Part shown: piece after piece, positions 26,105 to 35,078 of the stretch
How the letters are laid out: every line of letters starts with the position of its first letter
How positions within the stretch are numbered: the stretch's first letter is position 1
Source of the DNA: Peptococcaceae bacterium
GTDB lineage: Bacteria > Bacillota > Desulfotomaculia > Desulfotomaculales > Desulfocucumaceae
DNA length: 37,032 bases
Direction: 5' to 3'
Assembly: GCA_013336365.1 (NCBI GenBank)
Contig: JAAXTT010000001.1
Coordinates: 1-37,032 of the forward strand
Notes under the pieces: generated by a model
Told to the model about the DNA's origin: nothing
Database searches by the model: none
What the model saw: the letters and a program-made list of their open reading frames with translations, nothing else
Program-made: the position numbers and the translations under genes

Positions 26105-26131
26105 ATACCGGGATCTAAAAATTCCCGGTAT
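26105..26131 (-). terminator. Intrinsic terminator after tRNA-Pro
   Basis: Perfect 9-bp stem ATACCGGGA / TCCCGGTAT, followed on the - strand by TTTTAT. Confidence 0.75.
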
Positions 26132-26136
26132 TACTT

Positions 26137-26214
26137 TGGTCGGAGCGACACGACTCGAACGTGCGGCCTCTACCACCCCAAGGTAGCGCTCTAGCCAAAC
26201 TGAGCTACGCCCCG
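26137..26214 (-). tRNA. tRNA-Pro: tRNA-Pro (anticodon GGG), with the CCA end encoded
   Basis: The - strand reads CGGGGCG-TA-GCTC-AGTTTGGCTA-GAGC-G-CTACC-TTGGGGT-GGTAG-AGGCC-GCACG-TTCGAGT-CGTGT-CGCTCCG-A-CCA. This gives a full cloverleaf with a 7-bp acceptor stem, a TTCGAGT T-loop and anticodon loop UUGGGGU. Confidence 0.9.
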
Positions 26215-26234
26215 ATAATTTTCTCACGTTCTCT

Positions 26235-26263
26235 ATATTAATCCCTTTGCATCAAAAAGTCAA
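26235..26263 (-). promoter_or_regulatory. Candidate sigma-A promoter of tRNA-Pro
   Basis: On the - strand: TTGACT - 17 nt - TAATAT, ending about 20 nt upstream of the mature 5' end. Confidence 0.55.
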
Positions 26264-26408
26264 GAAACAGTTGAGTTAGGGAAGTTTTTATGTAAGGTTG
26301 TCAAACATATTAATTTTTTAATCTATTGTAAGACAGGTATTGTAATCCTGTAATTTTGTTTTATTATAATAAGGACATATAAATTTCCGATAAGGAGGGA
26401 TATTTGAA

Positions 26409-26597
26409 ATGAGACTGGACATTGATCAGGATCTATGTATTAGCTGTGGTACCTGTGTGGATATGTGCCCTGAGGTCTTTTTCTGGAATGATGATGAGAA
26501 GGCTCAGGCTATCGAGGGTGATATTTCCTCGGAAAATGAGGATCAAGCTAATGAGGCAATGGAAAGCTGCCCAACAAATGCTATTGCTGTTAAATAA
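26409..26597 (+). CDS. Small single-cluster ferredoxin (62 aa)
   Basis: CISCGTCVDMCP plus a distal SCPTNAI. SD AAGGAGGG lies upstream. Confidence 0.85.
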   Translation: MRLDIDQDLCISCGTCVDMCPEVFFWNDDEKAQAIEGDISSENEDQANEAMESCPTNAIAVK

Positions 26598-26614
26598 CAA
26601 ATAAACCTATTAAT

Positions 26615-26650
26615 TGACTGCTGAGCATATTTAATCAGCAGTCAGTTTTA
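26615..26650 (+). terminator. Intrinsic terminator after the ferredoxin gene
   Basis: Perfect 10-bp stem TGACTGCTGA / TCAGCAGTCA, followed by GTTTTAT. Confidence 0.75.
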
Positions 26651-26682
26651 TATTAAACCCTGGGAATGGAATAATACTTGAG

Positions 26683-27456
26683 GTGAAATTTCAATATATG
26701 GAAGCAAAAATAATAGGTAGGTTTTCCAAAAATAAGGAATTATTTTATGGCTTAGTTGAGGGCAGTAGGATAAGGATTATTGACAGTCCCTTTTCAGAGG
26801 TGCTGTCTTTTTCAGGAAGCTGCAATATAGAGGAAGTAAATATTGAGGTTCCTTGTGAGCCATCAAAAATAATTTGCCTGGGTTTAAACTATACCGATCA
26901 TGCTAAAGAAATGGGTCTTAACACACCTGCTGAACCGCTTATATTTATTAAACCTGTAAGTTCTTTGTTAAGAACAGGAGGTTTTATTGAGTATCCGGTT
27001 ATGAGCAAACAGGTTGATTACGAAGCAGAAATGGCAATTATAATAGGAAGAAAATGTAGGAAAATCGAGCCTAAAGATGCCCGTCACTATATTCTTGGCT
27101 GTACCTGTGCCAATGATATTACGGCAAGAGATTTGCAGGCTATTGATAAGCAATGGACTAGAGCTAAATCATTCGACAGTTTTTTACCCCTTGGGCCTTA
27201 CATATTTACAGGTTTAGATCCTGATAATATAAATATCAGATTAAAGCTCAATGGCGAAATAAAGCAAGAGTCCAATACAGCCAATTTTATATTTAATACC
27301 GGTGAAATAGTCAGCTATATTTCCTGGGTTATGACCTTGTTACCCGGGGATGTTATATTGACAGGAACTCCTTCCGGCGTAGGTTCGGTGAAAAAAGGTG
27401 ACAGGGTTGAGGTTTCTATAGATAACATGCCTTCCTTGGTAAATATTGTCTCATAG
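26683..27456 (+). CDS. Fumarylacetoacetate hydrolase (FAH) family protein
   Basis: FAH-fold motifs GLNYTDHAKE, DYEAEMAIIIG, ND.TARD.Q and GTPSGVG. The start is uncertain: GTG 26683 overlaps the SD, and ATG 26698 is the alternative. Confidence 0.8.
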   Translation: MKFQYMEAKIIGRFSKNKELFYGLVEGSRIRIIDSPFSEVLSFSGSCNIEEVNIEVPCEPSKIICLGLNYTDHAKEMGLNTPAEPLIFIKPVSSLLRTGGFIEYPVMSKQVDYEAEMAIIIGRKCRKIEPKDARHYILGCTCANDITARDLQAIDKQWTRAKSFDSFLPLGPYIFTGLDPDNINIRLKLNGEIKQESNTANFIFNTGEIVSYISWVMTLLPGDVILTGTPSGVGSVKKGDRVEVSIDNMPSLVNIVS

Positions 27457-27486
27457 GGAAATTATTGTTATATAAATAAAAATTGA

Positions 27487-27515
27487 TTGACAAAAAGTGC
27501 TATTTTGGTTAAAAT
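27487..27515 (+). promoter_or_regulatory. Candidate sigma-A promoter of speH
   Basis: TTGACA - 17 nt - TAAAAT. The ORF-track start at 27487 is the TTG of this -35 box. Confidence 0.6.
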
Positions 27516-27597
27516 TTATTTTGTTGCAATTGGCCTCTGCTTAAATACCAATGAGGCATGGGTTCCAATAATTTTTATCCATAAAAGGGGGATGATA

Positions 27598-27984
27598 ATG
27601 TTGAAACCATTGGGGCGCCACGTTTTGGCCGAAATCCATGGATGTCCATTTGATGTTTTGAACGATGTGAAAAAGGTTGAAAGCATCATGGTTAATGCTG
27701 CTCTTGAATCTGGCGCTGAAGTCAGGGAAGTGGTTTTTCATAAATTTAGTCCGCAAGGAATAAGTGGTGTGGTTGTAATCTCGGAATCCCATTTGGCAAT
27801 TCATACATGGCCTGAACTGGGTTACGCTGCAGTGGATGTCTTTACCTGTGGAGATAAGGTTAATCCATGGGATGCCTGCAATTATATGACAGAGCTTTTT
27901 GGAGCCTCTCATATGACTGCTAAGGAAACAGCAAGAGGTATGTTGTCTCCGGAGGTAGTTCCTCAAGTGGCGGTAAATTTATAG
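27598..27984 (+). CDS. speH: S-adenosylmethionine decarboxylase proenzyme (pyruvoyl, class 1A)
   Basis: LGRHVLAEIHGC, plus the self-processing site in VVISESHLAIHTWPE. ATG 27598 lies 6 nt after AAGGGGG. Confidence 0.9.
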   Translation: MLKPLGRHVLAEIHGCPFDVLNDVKKVESIMVNAALESGAEVREVVFHKFSPQGISGVVVISESHLAIHTWPELGYAAVDVFTCGDKVNPWDACNYMTELFGASHMTAKETARGMLSPEVVPQVAVNL

Positions 27985-28025
27985 GAGGGATATTTATTAG
28001 TAGTCAGATAGGAAGTCATAATTAG

Positions 28026-28068
28026 AGCCCTGCTCTTGGTTAAAATCCAAAGGCAGGGCTTTATATTT
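28026..28068 (+). terminator. Probable terminator after speH
   Basis: 14-bp stem AGCCCTGCTCTTGG / CCAAAGGCAGGGCT with one mismatch and one G-U pair, then TTATATTT (a weak U tract). Confidence 0.55.
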
Positions 28069-28150
28069 ATCAATATGGTTTTTTACAGGACAGGGAAGGA
28101 AATAAAAATACTGCCTAGAAGTATATATTTCAAGGAAACGAGGTGGTTAT

Positions 28151-28900
28151 TTGCATAATGCGTTTTATCCCATAGAAAAAGCACTGACAATTATCGAGGA
28201 AAAAATTCGTACTTCCTTTAACAAGAATAAAACTATCGACAGCATAGCCGAATTCAATTACACGATGGATGACTATCTTACTTCTGCCTTGGTAATTTAT
28301 GCAGCTAAAATTTATGGTGAAGTTAATGAGAGGATTCTTTCTTTGGCAGAGACTATGCAATACATCTTTTTTGCTGTGAGCTTTCATAATAGTGTTACTG
28401 AGGATAGTTTGATAAAAAGCAACAGCAGCCTTGATCATAATAAGAACATTCAATATTCTGTGTTAATAGGGGATTTTACATATGGGAAATTTTTTGTTAA
28501 TCTTTGTGACAGTGACATGCTCTGCTACCTTGATTATATTTCAAAGATGATTTGCAAAATTAATGAAGAATCAGTTATTGGCCTAAAAAATCAAGCCAAT
28601 AGCCCAAACAATCCGGTTGAAAATCCTATTAAATATTCTATCGTTTTTTCAGGTTGTTGTCTGCTTGGAGCAATTGAAGCCGGTGCCGGACTTTATCAGC
28701 AGAAGTGTCTGGAGGCTTTTGGGCACGCCTTGGGAATGGCCATGGAGAATGGTGTATCTAATGAACAAAGGGATTATTATTATAAGCTGGCCCTAATTAA
28801 TTTGGATTGTCTGAAATCAAACAGCCACAGGGATGAATTGAAAAATTTAGTTTTCTGTCTGAAAAATAAAGACTCAAAAAATAATAAAATGGTTTGCTGA
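28151..28900 (+). CDS. hepS: Heptaprenyl diphosphate synthase component I-like protein (HepS-like; no DDxxD motifs seen)
   Basis: Similar size to B. subtilis HepS (~250 aa), and the motif ...QYSVLIGDFTYGKFF... resembles its ...LTVLAGDYFSGLYY.... It sits immediately upstream of menG, as in hepS-menH-hepT. The family call is from memory and is not verified. Confidence 0.5.
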   Translation: MHNAFYPIEKALTIIEEKIRTSFNKNKTIDSIAEFNYTMDDYLTSALVIYAAKIYGEVNERILSLAETMQYIFFAVSFHNSVTEDSLIKSNSSLDHNKNIQYSVLIGDFTYGKFFVNLCDSDMLCYLDYISKMICKINEESVIGLKNQANSPNNPVENPIKYSIVFSGCCLLGAIEAGAGLYQQKCLEAFGHALGMAMENGVSNEQRDYYYKLALINLDCLKSNSHRDELKNLVFCLKNKDSKNNKMVC

Positions 28901-28915
28901 GGGTGAGATATTTCA

Positions 28916-29641
28916 TTGAGTATTATTCCTGAAAATTTTTCCAGCAAGGAAGAGTATGTACATCATATTTTTTCCAAAATTGCTTATCGCTATGATTTTC
29001 TAAACAGTGCACTAACCTTTAATTTGGATAAGTATTGGAGAAGGTTTGCTATTTCAAAATGCAATCTAATCCCGGGGGCAAAGGTGTTAGATGTCTGCTG
29101 TGGTACGGGTATGCTTTCCTTAGAGGTAGCAAGCAGTTTAAAGGGCTGCGTAGAAGTCACAGGTATAGATTTTTGTGAAAGTATGCTGGAGAAGGGCAGA
29201 TCTAATGTGTCAGCAAGCAAATGGCAGGATAGCATTGAGCTTGTTCATGGCAATGCTATGTCTATCCCTTTTCCTGACAGTGTATTTGATTGTGCGGTTA
29301 CCGGCTTTGCATTAAGAAATGTTCCAGACATAGGTGGAGCCATAAAAGAAATGGTTAGGGTGGTAAAGCCCGGAGGTTTGGTAGTTTCTCTGGAGCTTTC
29401 TAAGCCTAGCTGGCCAATATTTAAGCAAATACATTCCCTATATTTTAACAGACTTGTTCCTATAATCGGTAAATTGGGAGTGGGTCAACCGGGACCATAT
29501 AGTTATCTGGCTAATTCTCTAAAAAACTTTCCCGATCAAAAAGAAATCAAAAGCATTTTTGAGGAAGCAGGATTAAAAGAGGTGCGTTTTTTTGAGTTAA
29601 CCGGCGGAATTGTTTCTGTTCATCAAGGAATTGTTAAATAG
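28916..29641 (+). CDS. menG: Demethylmenaquinone methyltransferase (UbiE/MenG family)
   Basis: YDFLNS..TFNLDKYWRR, SAM-binding VLDVCCGTG and FALRNV. Confidence 0.85.
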   Translation: MSIIPENFSSKEEYVHHIFSKIAYRYDFLNSALTFNLDKYWRRFAISKCNLIPGAKVLDVCCGTGMLSLEVASSLKGCVEVTGIDFCESMLEKGRSNVSASKWQDSIELVHGNAMSIPFPDSVFDCAVTGFALRNVPDIGGAIKEMVRVVKPGGLVVSLELSKPSWPIFKQIHSLYFNRLVPIIGKLGVGQPGPYSYLANSLKNFPDQKEIKSIFEEAGLKEVRFFELTGGIVSVHQGIVK

Positions 29642-29671
29642 TAAATATTTCTTTTAAAGGGAGGTTCTCTA

Positions 29672-31114
29672 TTGGCCTTTGAAGACTTAAGTGAATTTAT
29701 TTATAAGCTGGAAGCCGGGGGGCTGCTGAAAAGAATAAAAATAGAGGTTGATTCCGAGCTGGAAATAGCAGAAATAACTGACAGGGTCTCTAAAGGTAAC
29801 GGTCCTGCCTTACTCTTTGAAAATGTAAAGGGCTATAGTATGCCTGTCCTGACAAATGCATTTGGTTCAATGGAAAGAATGAAAATCGCTCTTGAAACTG
29901 ATGATCTAGATGCTATAGGCAGGGAATTAATGGCAATTATTCAGCCGGAGAATTTGCCCTTAACATTTTTTGATAAGCTGAAAACTTTGCCAAAATTGGC
30001 TAAGCTTGCCTCGTTTATGCCAAAAACTGTTAAGACAGGTCCCTGTAAGGAGGTAATAATTAAGGATAATCCTACCTTTGCTGAAATACCGGTTTTAAAG
30101 TGCTGGCCCTTAGATGCCGGTCCTTTTATTACCTTACCTCTGGTTTTTACTAAGGACCCTGTTACCGGGGGGAGAAATCTCGGTATGTATAGAATGCAAA
30201 TATTTGACAGTAACAGGGCCGGTATGCATTGGCATATTCATAAGGGTGGAGCTGAGCATCTTGGCAGACTGCCCTCGGAGGAAAAGCTACAGGTGGCTGT
30301 CGCCCTTGGCTGCGATCCGGCAGTGATATACTCATCAACGGCACCCTTGCCAAATGGCATTGATGAATTGATCTTTGCCGGGTTTTTAAGAAAAGAACCG
30401 GTAAAGATGGTGATGTGTGAAACTGTAGATATAGAGGTTCCGGCAAATGCAGAAATTATATTAGAGGGCTATATAGACCCAAAGGAAAAAATACTGGAAG
30501 GACCTTTTGGGGATCATACCGGCTATTATTCTTTGGCAGATTACTATCCGGTCTTTCATTTGACCTGTATTACCAGAAGAAACACACCAATATATCCTGC
30601 TACAGTTGTTGGGCGTCCTCCAATGGAGGATGCATATTTGGGTAAAGCCACAGAGCGAATCTTTTTGCCCATGTTGAAGCTGATTCTTCCTGAAGTAGTA
30701 GATATGAATATGCCGCCGGAAGGTGTCTTTCATAATTGTGTAATTGTATCCATTAAAAAAAGCTACCCGGGGCATGCCAGGAAAGTTATGAATGCACTTT
30801 GGGGAATAGGTCTTATGATGCTGGCAAAGCTGATTATTGTTGTAGATAGCAATGTTGATGTTCATAATCTATCTGAGGTAGCTTGGAGAGTTTTTAATAA
30901 TATTGATGCAGGAAGAGATATTGCCTTAATGGAAGGGCCTTTGGATTCCCTGGATCACTCCTCACCTTTAGCAAACTATGGTACAAAAATGGGGATTGAC
31001 GCTACAATTAAGGGTCCTGATGAAGGACACAACCGGGAGTGGCCGGAAGACATTGTGATGAGTTCTGAAATAAAGAAATTAGTGGATAATAAATGGGATA
31101 GCTATGGCCTATAA
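29672..31114 (+). CDS. UbiD-family decarboxylase of the menaquinone (futalosine-associated, SCO4490-like) type
   Basis: UbiD-family length and motifs (GPALLFENVKG, NLGMYRMQ, GGAEH, FGDHTGYY). TTG lies 7 nt after GGGAGG. Confidence 0.85.
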   Translation: MAFEDLSEFIYKLEAGGLLKRIKIEVDSELEIAEITDRVSKGNGPALLFENVKGYSMPVLTNAFGSMERMKIALETDDLDAIGRELMAIIQPENLPLTFFDKLKTLPKLAKLASFMPKTVKTGPCKEVIIKDNPTFAEIPVLKCWPLDAGPFITLPLVFTKDPVTGGRNLGMYRMQIFDSNRAGMHWHIHKGGAEHLGRLPSEEKLQVAVALGCDPAVIYSSTAPLPNGIDELIFAGFLRKEPVKMVMCETVDIEVPANAEIILEGYIDPKEKILEGPFGDHTGYYSLADYYPVFHLTCITRRNTPIYPATVVGRPPMEDAYLGKATERIFLPMLKLILPEVVDMNMPPEGVFHNCVIVSIKKSYPGHARKVMNALWGIGLMMLAKLIIVVDSNVDVHNLSEVAWRVFNNIDAGRDIALMEGPLDSLDHSSPLANYGTKMGIDATIKGPDEGHNREWPEDIVMSSEIKKLVDNKWDSYGL

Positions 31115-31958
31115 AAAAATCAAAATATTTCTTGAAATGATTAAGGTTGAGCATACCCTTTTTGCCTTGCCCTTTGCCTATACCGGGGCGCTGTTAGTTA
31201 ATAATAGAATTCCTTCAGGAGAAAAGCTTTTTTGGATTACCTTGGCAATGGTGGGGGCACGTACAGCAGCCATGGGACTTAATCGGATTATTGATCTTAA
31301 GATAGACTCAATAAATCCGAGAACAGCCGGCAGGGCACTGCCTGCAAAGCTCTTATCTGTCTCAGAGGTGTTGCTATACGTAATTATTGCTCTCGCAGTG
31401 TTATTTGTTTCGGCATATCAGCTTAGTCCTTTGGCGTTCAAGCTTTTTCCGGTTGCAGTGGTATTACTGGTGTTTTATTCATACAGTAAACGATTTACCT
31501 GGCTTTGCCATTTAGTTTTAGGTGTGACCCTAGGCTTGGCACCTTTGGGAGCCTGGATTGCAATAGCTGATAACATTGCCTTGACACCCTTGCTTCTTGC
31601 CTTTGGAGTTATGTTCTGGGTTGCCGGCTTTGATATTGTGTATTCCTGCAATGATTATGATTTTGATTGTGCGGAGAAGATATTTTCTATACCTGCAAAA
31701 TTCGGAATAAATAATTCCCTAAAGCTTTCTGCCATCTTTCATTTTATGGCATTAAGCATTTTTATTCTTGTGGGGATAAGCAATAATATGGGTATATATT
31801 ATAATTCAGGCGTTTTTGTAGCAGGGCTGTTGCTTTTAATCCAGTATTTTATTGTAAAACCGGGGGACCTTTCAAAAACAGATATGGCATTTTTCAAATT
31901 AAATGCAGGACTCAGTATAGTATTTTTTGTTTTTACGTTATTGGATGTGGTTCTCTAA
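31104..31958 (+). CDS. UbiA-family polyprenyltransferase (futalosine-associated, SCO4491-like)
   Basis: Multi-pass membrane protein with an NRIIDLKID motif and a second Asp-rich region (YSCNDYDFD). It overlaps the UbiD-like gene by 11 nt. Confidence 0.85.
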   Translation: MAYKKIKIFLEMIKVEHTLFALPFAYTGALLVNNRIPSGEKLFWITLAMVGARTAAMGLNRIIDLKIDSINPRTAGRALPAKLLSVSEVLLYVIIALAVLFVSAYQLSPLAFKLFPVAVVLLVFYSYSKRFTWLCHLVLGVTLGLAPLGAWIAIADNIALTPLLLAFGVMFWVAGFDIVYSCNDYDFDCAEKIFSIPAKFGINNSLKLSAIFHFMALSIFILVGISNNMGIYYNSGVFVAGLLLLIQYFIVKPGDLSKTDMAFFKLNAGLSIVFFVFTLLDVVL

Positions 31959-31983
31959 AAACCTGAGAGAGGAGCAAGAATCA

Positions 31984-33093
31984 GTGCCGGAAATCGATAT
32001 CGATATAGAAGATGAAAATTTACGTAATATTGCCTCAAAGGTGATTGAGGGTGAAAGACTCTCTTTTGATGATGGACTTTCCCTTATGAAATCCACGGAT
32101 TTATTGACGGTAGGTTGGCTTGCTGATATAGCGAGAAAACGCATTCACGGAGATAAGGTTTATTATATATTGAACAGACATATAAATCACACCAATGTGT
32201 GTAAAAATCTCTGTGATTTTTGTGCGTTTGGCAGAGAAGAAATATCCCCGGGTGCTTATACCTTAAGTCTTGATGAAATAGAAGCAAAGGCACAGGAATT
32301 CAGTGGACGGAATATCAGTGAAATTCATATAGTAGGCGGACTTAATGAAAAGCTCAATCTTGCCTATTATAATGAAATGCTGAGAAGGGTCAGAAATTCT
32401 CTGCCCGGAGTTATAATTCAGGCGTTTACAGCCGTTGAGGTTGAATTTTTAGCCAGAATAAACAATATTTCGGTAAAGGATGTACTTCTTCAGCTGAGGG
32501 AATCAGGTCTTGACTCCCTGCCGGGTGGAGGGGCTGAGGTATTTTCGCCCAGAGTCAGAAAAATAATTTGCCCTGAGAAGATATCCGGTAAAAAATGGCT
32601 GGAGGTCCATGAAACAGCTCATAATATAGGTATGCGGACAAATGCTACGATATTATACGGTCATTTGGAAACCTACGAGGAAAGAGTGGAGCATTTAATC
32701 AGCTTGCGTCAGCTTCAGGATCGAACAGGAGGCTTTCTTGCCTTTATCCCACTGGCCTTCCATCCAAAAAATACCAGGCTGGATAGACCGGGCCTAGGTA
32801 CCACAGGCTATGATGATCTGAAGATGCTGGCGATCTCAAGATTAATGCTGGACAATATAGATCATATCAAGGCCTTCTGGATTATGCTTGGTCCTAAAAT
32901 AGCCCAAGTCTCCCTTTCTTTTGGGGTAAACGATCTTGATGGTACTGTGGAGGAAGAAAAAATATTTCATGATGCAGGGGCAGAAACCGGACAGCGTTTG
33001 CCTCAAAATGAGCTTGTGAGATTGATAAAGTCTGCAGGCAGAATACCTGTACAAAGAGATACACTCTACAATATTATTAAGGTATGGGACTAG
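31984..33093 (+). CDS. mqnE: Radical SAM enzyme of the CofH/MqnE/MqnC family; tentatively aminofutalosine synthase
   Basis: Cluster motif CKNLCDFCAF, then GLDSLPGGGAE. The MqnE assignment rests only on adjacency to the UbiD/UbiA-like genes. The start is uncertain: GTG 31984 lies 9 nt after GAGAGGAG, and alternatives are 31945 and 31927. Confidence 0.65.
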   Translation: MPEIDIDIEDENLRNIASKVIEGERLSFDDGLSLMKSTDLLTVGWLADIARKRIHGDKVYYILNRHINHTNVCKNLCDFCAFGREEISPGAYTLSLDEIEAKAQEFSGRNISEIHIVGGLNEKLNLAYYNEMLRRVRNSLPGVIIQAFTAVEVEFLARINNISVKDVLLQLRESGLDSLPGGGAEVFSPRVRKIICPEKISGKKWLEVHETAHNIGMRTNATILYGHLETYEERVEHLISLRQLQDRTGGFLAFIPLAFHPKNTRLDRPGLGTTGYDDLKMLAISRLMLDNIDHIKAFWIMLGPKIAQVSLSFGVNDLDGTVEEEKIFHDAGAETGQRLPQNELVRLIKSAGRIPVQRDTLYNIIKVWD

Positions 33094-33136
33094 TTTCAGG
33101 GTAAAGACTGTTAAAGAAGGGCATGGGTATTTTTCA

Positions 33137-33985
33137 ATGGCAGATTTGCGCTTGGGACAGTTGGAATTTATTAATAATCTTCCTATTTATCACGGTCTGG
33201 AAGAAAATATATTTCGATTTGATGGAGAGTTAATCAAGGGTCCGCCAAATATTATCAACAGGCTTTTGTTTGATAAGCTGCTTGATGTAGCTCCGGTATC
33301 CTCAATAGAATACGGACGCAATCATAAGCAGTATTTAATACTTCCTGACCTTTGCATAGGCTCTGACGGCAGAGTAGGGAGTGTTTTACTCTTTAGCAGT
33401 GAGCCTTTAGATTGTATAAACAGTATGAAAATTGCCATTACAAAAGCTACTGCCACCTCCGTGGTTCTTTTACAGATATTGCTCGAGCATTATTGGGGAA
33501 TCAGGGCTGATTTTTATTCCTTGGATAATGACCCCTTTGAGACCGTGAGCTCAGGCCGGCCGGTACTTCTTATTGGTGATGAAGCCCTTATGATAAATGA
33601 AAAAATTAATGCACTGGGGATTAAGCTAGAGGTTACTGATTTAGGTGATGCCTGGAAGAGCTTTACCGGCTGCAATATGGTCTACGCAATATGGGTGGTC
33701 AGAAAATGCTATGCAAAGGAAAATTCTGAGCGTGTTAATGATATCAGCAGATTATTATCGAACTCAAAGGATTTTGGATTATCTCAGCCTGACTCGTTTA
33801 TCAAGAAGGCAAGGTTGAAAACCGGCTTATCTGCAGAGGTACTGAGAGATTATTTTATTAAGCTCAAATATGATTTCAAAGATAAAGACCGACAAGGGTT
33901 AAGATTATTTTATGATTATGCCTATAAAAGCGGGATAATCAAACAACAGGTTAATCTGTCTATTTGGGGTGAAAATAATGAATAG
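33137..33985 (+). CDS. mqnA: Chorismate dehydratase (MqnA/MqnD family, periplasmic-binding-protein fold)
   Basis: MqnA-like N-terminus (LRLGQLEFINNLPIYHGL), SSIEY and ILPDLCIGSDGRVGSVLLFS. Confidence 0.8.
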   Translation: MADLRLGQLEFINNLPIYHGLEENIFRFDGELIKGPPNIINRLLFDKLLDVAPVSSIEYGRNHKQYLILPDLCIGSDGRVGSVLLFSSEPLDCINSMKIAITKATATSVVLLQILLEHYWGIRADFYSLDNDPFETVSSGRPVLLIGDEALMINEKINALGIKLEVTDLGDAWKSFTGCNMVYAIWVVRKCYAKENSERVNDISRLLSNSKDFGLSQPDSFIKKARLKTGLSAEVLRDYFIKLKYDFKDKDRQGLRLFYDYAYKSGIIKQQVNLSIWGENNE

Positions 33986-35048
33986 CATTGATAAGCTTCT
34001 TTCCCAAGCAATATCTGGATACCGATTAACCTTGGAGGAAGGGCTGGAGATATACGAAAAGGCAGATTTATTCAGCTTAGCCAATGCTGCCAGTAAAATT
34101 AGAAATAGAATACATCCGGAAAAAATTATAACCTTTGTTATTGACAGAAACATTAATTACACCAATATTTGTCAAAGCAAATGTCGTTTTTGTGCATTTT
34201 ATCGAGAAAAGAGCAATTCCCAGGCCTATGTTTTATCAAAGGAAGTTCTATTTTCTAAAATTGAGGATACCTTATCCCTTGGTGGGACAGGCATATTGAT
34301 GCAGGGTGGATTAAATGAAGATTTGGGCTTGGATTATTATCTGGATATTTTAAGCTCCATCAAAAAACGATACAACATTGACATTCATTCCTTCTCTCCT
34401 CCTGAAATTGACCATATAGCTAAAACCAGTGGACTGGAGGTAGGAAAGGTCATTTCCTTGTTGAGGAATTCAGGTTTGGACTCCCTGCCTGGGGGCGGTG
34501 CCGAAATACTTGTGGACAGAGTCAGAAAAGTAATCAGTCCACAAAAAATATCCTGGAAACGCTGGATGGAGATTATTCAGGAGGCCCAGCGACAGGGAAT
34601 GAAAACTACTGCAACCATGGTCTTTGGACATGTTGAGACCCTAGAGGAAAGATTGCTTCATCTGGTTAGAATCCGACAGGCTCAGGATGAGACCGGTGGT
34701 TTTACAGCCTTCATTCCTTGGAGCTTTCAGCCGGGCAATACAGATTTGGGGGGAAATGAAACTACCGGAGTTGATTACTTAAGAACTCTGGCAATATCTA
34801 GAATAATGCTGGATAATATACCTAATATTCAGACATCCTGGGTGACCCAAGGCTCAAAAATTGCTCAAATCGGAATTTCATTTGGTGCTAATGATTTTGG
34901 AAGTACTATGCTTGAGGAAAATGTTGTTCGGGCTACCGGTGTGAATTTCCGGGTTTCGATAGAGGAAATAGTGCGGGTTATCAAGGATGCAGGCTTTATT
35001 CCGGTTCAGAGAACAAATTTATATTCCAAGGTTAAATCTTTCCGATAG
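33978..35048 (+). CDS. mqnC: Radical SAM enzyme of the CofH/MqnE/MqnC family; tentatively cyclic dehypoxanthinyl futalosine synthase
   Basis: NINYTNICQSKCRFCAFYR cluster motif and GLDSLPGGGAE. It is a paralogue of the upstream radical SAM gene. ATG 33978 lies 5 nt after GGGGTGA. Confidence 0.65.
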   Translation: MNSIDKLLSQAISGYRLTLEEGLEIYEKADLFSLANAASKIRNRIHPEKIITFVIDRNINYTNICQSKCRFCAFYREKSNSQAYVLSKEVLFSKIEDTLSLGGTGILMQGGLNEDLGLDYYLDILSSIKKRYNIDIHSFSPPEIDHIAKTSGLEVGKVISLLRNSGLDSLPGGGAEILVDRVRKVISPQKISWKRWMEIIQEAQRQGMKTTATMVFGHVETLEERLLHLVRIRQAQDETGGFTAFIPWSFQPGNTDLGGNETTGVDYLRTLAISRIMLDNIPNIQTSWVTQGSKIAQIGISFGANDFGSTMLEENVVRATGVNFRVSIEEIVRVIKDAGFIPVQRTNLYSKVKSFR

Positions 35049-35078
35049 AGGATTCCACAGAAAGTGGAGGTAATAAAA

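Noticed and set aside
26422-26604. 60-aa alternative-frame ORF overlapping the small ferredoxin gene.
   Set aside because: The other frame encodes a canonical CxxCxxC...CP ferredoxin with a strong SD. This frame is Arg/Leu/Met-rich with no motifs.
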